Positions 56,880-64,000 of a stretch of DNA of 64,000 bases are shown here, in pieces (within the stretch, counting starts at the first letter, position 1; each line of letters starts with the position of its first letter). The notes beneath the pieces are model-generated. The model saw nothing but the letters and a program-made list of their open reading frames with translations. It was not told the origin of the DNA and did no database searches. Where the stretch lies: contig CBDHDG010000007.1 of the NCBI GenBank assembly GCA_965261595.1, positions 1,056,001 to 1,120,000 on the forward strand, read 5' to 3'. The DNA comes from a bacterium. GTDB lineage: Bacteria > UBA8248 > JACPRG01 > G963555815. The translations under genes were made by a program, and so were the position numbers.

Positions 56880-56943
56880 TCGACCCCCTCCCGTGAGACG
56901 CTCTCCCGCCGCCGGCCGGCGACCGTGGAAGAAAGGGCCGCCT

Positions 56944-57330
56944 GTGCCGTCCCCGAAAGACAATGAATCCCTGCGGAGCCCGGAATTCATCGACCACCTC
57001 ACCCGCCCGCGCAACGCGGGAGAGATGGAAGACGCGGACGCCGCCGTCGAGGTGACCAACCCAGTCTGCGGCGACGAGTTGAAGCTCTTTTTGAAGGTGG
57101 AAGACGGGCGGATCGCGGATGTCCGGTTCAAGGCCTACGGCTGCGCCGCCGCGCTGGCCGCCGCCTCTCTGCTGACGGAGCTGGCCAAGGGCAAATCTCT
57201 GGACGAGGCCCGGAAAATCTCCGCCCAGGACATCGCCCGGGGCCTGGGGGGTCTCCCCAAACATAAGCTCCACGCCGGCGACCTCGCCGAAGACGCGATT
57301 CAAGAGGCGCTCGACCGGATCAATTCCTGA
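56944..57330 (+). CDS. IscU/NifU-N-like scaffold lacking the third Cys
   Basis: PRNAG, NPVCGD, YGCAAALA, LPKHKLHA. Confidence 0.85.
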   Translation: MPSPKDNESLRSPEFIDHLTRPRNAGEMEDADAAVEVTNPVCGDELKLFLKVEDGRIADVRFKAYGCAAALAAASLLTELAKGKSLDEARKISAQDIARGLGGLPKHKLHAGDLAEDAIQEALDRINS

Positions 57331-57435
57331 AACCCTGACCCGGGTCCCGCCAAAGGACAGGTCCGGGCGATTTTACGGGCGGGGACGTCCTTTCTTCGGG
57401 CCGTTCAACATTCTCTTCTCGAAAAAAGCGGGTCA

Positions 57436-58461
57436 TTATTTCACGATGTTGGCGTTGAACCAGTCTTTCCACTCGGGCAACGACTTCGCGCGCTGCTCAT
57501 CGTCGAGGACATAGGCGTGCTTTTTCCAGTCGTCGGGCGTCGTCAGGATTCCCGGCCGCCCTTCCAATTCAGCCGGCACAGCGGCGTTTAGATTCATGGG
57601 GCCGACTTTGAGCGTGCGAGCCAGGTCTTCCTGGACCGCCCGAGAGAGGGCGATATCGACGAACTGGTAGGCGGCGTCGCGCCGCCGGGTTCCCGCCATG
57701 ACGCCGAGGGTGTCGATGCCGGCAATCCCCCCCGCATCGGCGGGGTTGATGGTCTGAGCCCGGATGCGCCCCTTGCCGGTTTTGTGGGCGTTCACACTGA
57801 GCAAAATCTGGACGGGCGCCTCGCCCGATTTGAACAGGTCCTGGCTCTGGGCGTCCGTATCGAAGAAGGCCGCGATGTTGGGCTTCAGCGCCAACAAACG
57901 GGGGATGCCCCTCTTCCACTGGAATTCGTCGCCGCCCGAGAGAAGGGCGCTGACCGTGATGACGTGACTCGGGTCGAAATCCGGCATGGCGATCATCCGC
58001 TTCAGTCTCGGGTCCCAAAGGTCGGCCCACTTTGTGAGCGGAAAGGGCGTCCGCTCGGGAAGATACGCGATGGTGTAAATGTACGACCACAGCCCGATGT
58101 GATAGGGGCTGCGAATCGCCTCCGGGCGGAGTTGATTCACGTTACCGATCTTTGCCGGATCGAGCTTTTCGAAAAGCCCGGCGGAAATGTAGAGCCGGCC
58201 CACGTGGGTCGTCGTCAGCGTTACGTCCACGTGGGGGTCGCCCTTGTTGGCGAGGGCGCTGGAAAGCCGCTCGCCGGTCTCTCCCCTTTCGTACTCGACG
58301 GAGATTCCCGTCGCCTCCGTGAACCGCTTTCCGATCTCGTCGTGGAGCGTGTCTCTCCAGCCCGAAACCCTCAACGGCGAATCATCGCGGGCCATCTCGG
58401 AGGCCTTCACCTGCCGACTTTCCATCTGGGTCTGTGCTCCGCCCGCCTCGGTCCCGTCCAT
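57436..58461 (-). CDS. PotD/PotF-like ABC substrate-binding protein, no evident signal peptide
   Basis: FTEATGISVEY, LFEKLD, WADLWDPRLK, AYQFVD. Confidence 0.75.
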   Translation of the reverse strand: MDGTEAGGAQTQMESRQVKASEMARDDSPLRVSGWRDTLHDEIGKRFTEATGISVEYERGETGERLSSALANKGDPHVDVTLTTTHVGRLYISAGLFEKLDPAKIGNVNQLRPEAIRSPYHIGLWSYIYTIAYLPERTPFPLTKWADLWDPRLKRMIAMPDFDPSHVITVSALLSGGDEFQWKRGIPRLLALKPNIAAFFDTDAQSQDLFKSGEAPVQILLSVNAHKTGKGRIRAQTINPADAGGIAGIDTLGVMAGTRRRDAAYQFVDIALSRAVQEDLARTLKVGPMNLNAAVPAELEGRPGILTTPDDWKKHAYVLDDEQRAKSLPEWKDWFNANIVK

Positions 58462-58681
58462 CTTCCGTCAGCGGGATCTGGATGTTGCCGGGATCTCCCG
58501 GATGAGCACCGCTTGGGCGGGACGGAACGCCCGTGCGCCATCCCCCGCACCTCAGTCTACCAAAGGACTTCCGAATTGAAGAGGGCGGTCAAAATTGTTA
58601 AAACCATGTCAGCGAACGGGTCCATCGGATCATGAGAAACCCGCGATCTTCATTCGCAGGGGGAAGAGGGGGGGTAAACGC

Positions 58682-60334
58682 TTGCGCGGACTTCTCTATG
58701 GCTTCAGTGTCTTTCTCTTGACGGCCCTGTCCGCCTGCGGCGGCGACGACCCGGCCATGCCGGGGGACGCCGGGAAGAAGGAGGTGATCATCGGCATCGC
58801 CCAGGAGCCCGACGGCCTGGATCCCCTGTTCGGCCAGATGCTGGCGGGCATCGAGATCCGCGGGCTCATTTTCCGCTCCCTGGTCATGCGGGACGACTCG
58901 CTCGCCCTCCGCCCCGTCATGGCCGATGAGATCCCCACCATCGATAACGGCGGCATCGTCCTTCTGCCCGGCGGCGGGATGAAAACCACCTGGAAGATTA
59001 AGAAGGGCTTCAAGTGGGAGGACGGAATCCCCGTCACGGCGGCGGATTTCATCTTCGCCCACCAAGCCATCATGACGGAGGGGATGCCCGTCATCACCCG
59101 GGACATCGACCGGCGCATCGAGAGGATGGAGGCGCCGGACCCGTACACGCTGATCGTCCTGTGGAAAGAGCGCTTTTACCGGGCGAAGGAGGACGTCCAC
59201 TTCCCCCTGCCGAAGCACGTCCTGGCGCCGCTCCTGAAGAAAGGCGCCAAGGCCTACAGCGAAGGCGCCTTCAACACGCGGCCCATCGGCAACGGCCCAT
59301 ACCGCCTGAAGGAGTGGGAGCCGGGCAACCATCTCGTCCTGGAAAGAAACCCCCATTACCCCGGGAAGCCGCCCGCTTTCAGCCGGGTCATCTACAAGAT
59401 CATCCCCAACACCGGGACGCTCGAAGCCAACCTGGCCTCGGGGGCCATCCACGCTATTTCCCCCATCGGCTTCTCGCTGGACCAGGGGCTCGACGTCCAG
59501 AAACGGCGCGGCGACAAGTTCCGCGTCTATTTCACGCCGGGGATGTACTGGGAGCACATGGACGTCAACACCCAATCGCCCCTGCTGAAGGACCGGCGGG
59601 TCCGCCAGGCCCTCCTGTACGCCACGGACCGCGAGGGAATCGTGAAGGCCCTGTTCGAGGGCAAACAAGAAATGGCCCATTCCTGGCTGCCCGCCAAGCA
59701 CTACGGGTACAACCCGGACGGCAAAAAGTATCCCTACGACCTGGAGCGCGCGAAGTCGCTGCTCAAGGAAGCCGGGTGGACGCCCGGGCCGGACGGGATC
59801 CGCCGGAACGAAAAAGGGAAGAAGCTGCGCCTGGTCCTGATGACCACTTCGGGCGATAAGCTCCGGGAGAAGGTCCAGCAAATCATCCGGTCCGATTGGC
59901 GCAAGGCGGGCATCGATCTCACCCTGCGCAACCAGCCCGCGAAGGTTTTCTTCAGCGAGACGGTCCGCTACCGGAAGTTCCCTCACTTGGCCATGTACTC
60001 CTGGGTCCTCAACCCCTCCTCCGACGGCGAAAACGTCTGGACGATCGACAACATCCCCTCCAAGAAGAACAACTGGAGTGGACAGAACACCTCGGGCTTC
60101 GTCCACGAGGAGATCTCCCGCCTCAGCCACCGCATCCCCGCCACCCTCGACAAGAGAGAGCGCACGCGCCTTTTCCGCAGGGAACAGGCGCTCTGGCGCG
60201 AGGAGCTTCCCGCAATCCCCCTCTACTTCCACACCGAGGTCTCGGTGACGAATCCGAAGTTCCGCGGCTGGAAACCCACCGGGACGAATACGCCCGTCAC
60301 CTGGAATGCCGAACAGTGGAGCTTCGCGAAGTAG
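58682..60334 (+). CDS. Peptide ABC transporter substrate-binding lipoprotein (family 5)
   Basis: Lipobox LSAC; QEPDGLDP, WEDGIPVTAAD, GNGPYRL, DRRVRQAL. Confidence 0.9.
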   Translation: MRGLLYGFSVFLLTALSACGGDDPAMPGDAGKKEVIIGIAQEPDGLDPLFGQMLAGIEIRGLIFRSLVMRDDSLALRPVMADEIPTIDNGGIVLLPGGGMKTTWKIKKGFKWEDGIPVTAADFIFAHQAIMTEGMPVITRDIDRRIERMEAPDPYTLIVLWKERFYRAKEDVHFPLPKHVLAPLLKKGAKAYSEGAFNTRPIGNGPYRLKEWEPGNHLVLERNPHYPGKPPAFSRVIYKIIPNTGTLEANLASGAIHAISPIGFSLDQGLDVQKRRGDKFRVYFTPGMYWEHMDVNTQSPLLKDRRVRQALLYATDREGIVKALFEGKQEMAHSWLPAKHYGYNPDGKKYPYDLERAKSLLKEAGWTPGPDGIRRNEKGKKLRLVLMTTSGDKLREKVQQIIRSDWRKAGIDLTLRNQPAKVFFSETVRYRKFPHLAMYSWVLNPSSDGENVWTIDNIPSKKNNWSGQNTSGFVHEEISRLSHRIPATLDKRERTRLFRREQALWREELPAIPLYFHTEVSVTNPKFRGWKPTGTNTPVTWNAEQWSFAK

Positions 60335-60421
60335 GATGGAGCCTGCGGACGCCTTGATTCGCTCACCCCCCTCCCCCCCCCTTCGCGCCGAAACACGCCG
60401 CGGCGCGGCCTGAGATATCGG

Positions 60422-62101
60422 ATGAACCATCGCCCTTCACTTCTCCGCCCGCGCGGACGGATTTTCCCGTTCACGCTTCTCCTCCTCGCCCTCGCCGCCG
60501 GGTGCGACAGCGGCGACCCGCCCAAATCCGGGGGGGCGGCCAGGAACGAGGTCGTCATCGGGATCGGCCAGGAGCCGGACAGCCTGGACCCGTTGTTCGG
60601 CGAGATGATGGCAGGCACGGAAATCCGCGGCGCCATCTTCCGCACGCTGGCCATGCGGGACAACACCCTCACGCTCCGCCCCGTCATGGCCGAGGAGATC
60701 CCCACGCTTGAGAACGGCGGCCTCCGGCTCCTGCCGGGCGGCGGAATGCGCACCACCTGGAAAATCCGCAAAGGCTACAAATGGGATGACGGCACGCCTG
60801 TCACGGCCGGGGATTTCATCTTCGCCCACCGGGTCATCATGACGAAGGGGATCCCCGTCATCACGCGGGACGTGGACCGGCGCATCGCGAAGATGGAGGC
60901 CCCGGACCCTTACACCCTCGTGGTGACCTGGAAGCAGCGATTCGCCCGGGCCAACGACAACGTCCACTTCCCGCTCCCCCGGCACATCCTCGAACCCGTC
61001 CTGAAAAAGGGGCCGAGGGCCTATCAGGAGAGCTTCTTCAACACGAAACCCGTCGGCAACGGACCCTACCGCCTGACCGTCTGGGAGCCGGGGAGCCTGC
61101 TCGCCCTGGAGCGGAACCCGCATTTTCCGGGCAAGCCCGGGGGCTTCGGGAAGATCATCTACAAGATCATTCCCAACACGGGGGCGCTGGAGGTGAATCT
61201 CGCGGCGGGCGGCGTCCAGGGCATCTCCCCTGTGGGCTTCACGTTCGACCAGGCCCTCGACATGGAGAAGCGCCGCGGCAAGGAGATCCGCACGTATTTC
61301 ACCCCGGCGATGATCTGGGAGCACATCGACTTCAACCATGACTCGCCCCTGCTGCGGGACAAGCGCGTCCGGCAGGCCCTGACCTACGCGATCAACCGGG
61401 AGGGGATCGTCCAGGCCCTGTTCGCGGGCAGGCAGAAAGTGGCCCATTCCTGGCTTCCGCCGCGGCACTACGGCTACAACCCGAACGTCAGGAAATATCC
61501 CTACGACCCCGAGCGGGCGAAAAAGCTCCTGGAGGAGGCCGGGTGGACGCCCGGTCCCAAGGGCGTCCGCGGGAACGCCGCCGGCCTCGAGATGCGCCTC
61601 GTCCTCATGACCACGTCGGGCAACAAGGTGCGCGAGAAGATTCAGCAGATCATCCGGGCCGACTGGCGGGCGGTGGGGGTGGAAGTCACCATCCGGAACC
61701 AGCCCGCGAAGGTCTATTTCGGGGAGACCGTCCGGTACCGGAAGTTCCCTCACCTCGCCATGTACGCCTGGCTGTTCAACCCCGCGACCGACGGCGAGGC
61801 CTATTGGACGAAGGGAAACATCCCCTCCAAGAAGAACAACTGGCAGGGCCAGAACAACCCCGGGTTCGTCAACGACGAGATCGACCGGATCGACCGGCTG
61901 ATCCCGACGGTGATCGACAAGAAGGAGCGCATCCGCCTCTTCCACCGGGAGCAGGAGATCTGGACGGAGGAGCTTCCCGCTCTCCCGCTCTATTTTCGCG
62001 TGGACGTGACGGCGACGAGGCCCGGCTTCCGGAACTGGAAACCCACCGGCACGGACACCCCCATCACCTGGAACGCCGAGGCCTGGGGATTCGTGAAGTG
62101 A
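60422..62101 (+). CDS. Peptide ABC transporter substrate-binding lipoprotein (family 5), tandem paralog
   Basis: Lipobox AAGC; collinear with and highly similar to 58682-60334. Confidence 0.9.
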   Translation: MNHRPSLLRPRGRIFPFTLLLLALAAGCDSGDPPKSGGAARNEVVIGIGQEPDSLDPLFGEMMAGTEIRGAIFRTLAMRDNTLTLRPVMAEEIPTLENGGLRLLPGGGMRTTWKIRKGYKWDDGTPVTAGDFIFAHRVIMTKGIPVITRDVDRRIAKMEAPDPYTLVVTWKQRFARANDNVHFPLPRHILEPVLKKGPRAYQESFFNTKPVGNGPYRLTVWEPGSLLALERNPHFPGKPGGFGKIIYKIIPNTGALEVNLAAGGVQGISPVGFTFDQALDMEKRRGKEIRTYFTPAMIWEHIDFNHDSPLLRDKRVRQALTYAINREGIVQALFAGRQKVAHSWLPPRHYGYNPNVRKYPYDPERAKKLLEEAGWTPGPKGVRGNAAGLEMRLVLMTTSGNKVREKIQQIIRADWRAVGVEVTIRNQPAKVYFGETVRYRKFPHLAMYAWLFNPATDGEAYWTKGNIPSKKNNWQGQNNPGFVNDEIDRIDRLIPTVIDKKERIRLFHREQEIWTEELPALPLYFRVDVTATRPGFRNWKPTGTDTPITWNAEAWGFVK

Positions 62102-62159
62102 AAACCCTGGGGGACATTTTGAAAACTGTCCCCCAGACCCCCTGGAAAACTTTCGTTTC
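62102..62159 (+). repeat. Palindromic intergenic repeat copy
   Basis: CTGGGGGACATTTTGAAAACTGTCCCCCAGACCCCCTGGAAAACTTT. Confidence 0.75.
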
Positions 62160-62200
62160 GCGAAAAGGGGCGGCTCCCATAGGGAGCCGCCCCTTTTCGC
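62160..62200. terminator. Perfect 19-bp hairpin, possible bidirectional terminator
   Basis: GCGAAAAGGGGCGGCTCCC-ATA-GGGAGCCGCCCCTTTTCGC after the SBP genes. Confidence 0.6.
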
Positions 62201-62510
62201 AACTGAGAGTCTTTCACTCTCCGTCATTCTGAGCGATGGACATCGGCTCTGGCGAAGAATCTCCCGGACTCCATCCGCTCTTTGGACGGCTTTATTGCAA
62301 AACAGGACGCCACTGGCAGCTTGCCTGCCAGTGCCTCCGCTTTGGGATGAAGAAGAGGAGTTGGTCTCACGCGAGGTGCGCCGGTACAATCAGGTCTAAG
62401 GGTTCGGCAATGGCGCAGCCGTGGACGCCGCGTTTTTTACCCGAGTCTGCGACCCTTCGGGTCCTTCACCGTTTCCCGGATATGGTGTGGGCGCAAGAAA
62501 AGGGGATTTC

Positions 62511-63515
62511 ATGAAATTCGCCATCGCGCCGTATCAGTGGAACGGCCGCTTCGATTATTTTTTGGAAGACGCCCGGCTTGCCGAGAGCCTGGGATTCGAC
62601 GTCGTGCTCCTCGCCGAGCACCATTTCTGGGCCGACGCGACGGCGTGGGGCTCTCCCCTCATGGCCCTCGCCGGTCTTGCGCAACGGACGAAGACCATCC
62701 GGCTCGGAACGGGCGTTCTCCTCCTTCCCCTGTATCATCCGGTTCATGTGGCGGAGGACGCGGCCTTCCTGGACATGATGTCGGACGGGCGGCTCATCCT
62801 GGGTCTTGGGCTGGGATACGTACAGGAGGAATTCGACACGTTCGGGGTTTCCCTCAAGCAGCGCGCCTCGCGGCTCGAAGAAGGGGTCCGGCTCATCGAG
62901 CGGCTCTGGACGGAGGACGCGGTGTGTTTCGAGGGGCGGTGGAACCGGGTCGAGGGCGTGACGATCTTCCCGAAACCGGTCCAGCGGCCGAGACCGCCCA
63001 TCATCCTGGGGGGTTGGGCCGAAAAGGCGGTTGCCCGCGCGGAGGCCTTCGCGGACGGCTGGATGGCCGGTCCCTCAGGCCACATCGACCGGCTCAAGGC
63101 GTGTCGGGACGTGTTGCTGGAATCCTGGAAAGAGAATGGGAAGACGCCCGCCGAGCCGGAGATCTTCATTTTGCGGGAGGTCTACGTGGATGAGGACCCC
63201 CGCCGCGTGAAAGAGATCGGTCTGAAATTGATGTTGGAGGCGAACCACCAGACGTTCATCGTCCAGAAACACCTCCAGCGTCCCGAGCTGATGGCCCCCC
63301 GGACGAAGTCGGGGGAGATCGATATGGACCGCCTGCATGAGAACCGCTGGATCCTGGGCTCCCCCGAGGAGGTGGTTGAGGAAATCAAGCGATATCAGGA
63401 GGCGTTGAATCCGACGCTTCTCTCCTGCCGTCTGGTTTATCCGGGGATGGCCCGGGAAGACGCGCTTCGCTCGATTCGACTCTTCGGGGAGAAGGTGCTG
63501 CCGAAGTTCAAGTAA
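62511..63515 (+). CDS. LLM class flavin-dependent oxidoreductase
   Basis: AESLGFD...AEHH, IRLGTGVLLLPLYHPVHVAEDAA, GRLILGLGLGY, PKPVQRPRPP. Confidence 0.92.
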   Translation: MKFAIAPYQWNGRFDYFLEDARLAESLGFDVVLLAEHHFWADATAWGSPLMALAGLAQRTKTIRLGTGVLLLPLYHPVHVAEDAAFLDMMSDGRLILGLGLGYVQEEFDTFGVSLKQRASRLEEGVRLIERLWTEDAVCFEGRWNRVEGVTIFPKPVQRPRPPIILGGWAEKAVARAEAFADGWMAGPSGHIDRLKACRDVLLESWKENGKTPAEPEIFILREVYVDEDPRRVKEIGLKLMLEANHQTFIVQKHLQRPELMAPRTKSGEIDMDRLHENRWILGSPEEVVEEIKRYQEALNPTLLSCRLVYPGMAREDALRSIRLFGEKVLPKFK

Positions 63516-63561
63516 TATCAAAGACGCTCCATCCAAAGGCGATCTTTATGGGAAATCACAG

Positions 63562-64000
63562 ATGCCCCCGGTAGCCATATGGATTGCGCTCTTGAGCTCC
63601 CTGCTCTATGCGCTGGCCTCCACGACGTTGCGAACCGCCATGCGGACCGCGACGCCGATGGCGAGCGCCCTTCTGATCGCCGTCATCCAGTGGGTTCTCT
63701 ACTCCATCCTGGTTTTGACAACGGGCAAGCTCTATGCCATCAACGCGCCGGGTCTGGCCTGGTTCCTCGTCGCGGGGTTGCTGGCGCCCGGCCTTTTCAC
63801 GGCCTTTTTCTATATCGGCGTAAAGCGGATCGGCGCGTCCCGCGCCTCCACGATCAAGTCCGCGGCGCCGGTGTACGCGGTCATCGGCGCCATTATCTTC
63901 CTGGGCGAGCGGCCCAGCGTTTTTCAATACTTCGGCATCGGCGCGGTGATCGCGGGTCTGCTGACGATTGCGTCCGAGGGCGATAACCGAACGCCGCCGA
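63562..64000 (+). CDS. EamA/DMT family transporter, 3' end outside window
   Basis: Manual translation MPPVAIWIALLSS...GVKRIGASRASTIKSAAPVYA...IFLGERP. Confidence 0.8.
   Translation, partial: MPPVAIWIALLSSLLYALASTTLRTAMRTATPMASALLIAVIQWVLYSILVLTTGKLYAINAPGLAWFLVAGLLAPGLFTAFFYIGVKRIGASRASTIKSAAPVYAVIGAIIFLGERPSVFQYFGIGAVIAGLLTIASEGDNRTPP

Noticed and set aside
49899..62389. Long minus-strand ORFs opposite gcvP, iscS and the SBP genes
   Set aside because: Same antisense shadow effect

Overview
GC-rich bacterial chromosome segment in two parts. (1) 1-21.5 kb, minus strand: the core transcription/translation supercluster, tRNA-Thr/Tyr/Gly/Thr, tuf, rpmG, tRNA-Trp, secE, nusG, rplK, rplA, rplJ, rplL, rpoB, rpoC, rpsL, rpsG, fusA, tuf, rpsJ, rplC, rplD, rplW, rplB, rpsS (partial). 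rplD carries a one-base frameshift. (2) 21.5-64 kb, accessory and metabolic genes. An orphaned sigma54-type promoter is cut off by an IS3-family element, and an unexplained 155-nt structured-RNA candidate follows nagZ. There is a DRG-type GTPase and many catabolic enzymes: amidohydrolases, two cyclases, an OYE, a lone Mo-hydroxylase large subunit, a ComDE-like decarboxylase, an atypical acyl-CoA dehydrogenase and an LLM oxidoreductase. Also present are gcvH, a fused gcvP, a lipoyl ligase, iscS with an atypical iscU, and orphan ABC binding proteins. The most striking structure is a 6.6-kb IS1595-family transposon (36658-43279, perfect 24-bp terminal inverted repeats). Its transposase is translationally coupled to a Dam-type methyltransferase and a SacI-like endonuclease. 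Four further IS elements (two IS1380, IS3, IS256) have invaded it, truncating the nuclease and splitting a small Cys-rich cargo ORF that can be rebuilt from the sequence. All family assignments come from motif recognition by eye; no database searches were run.
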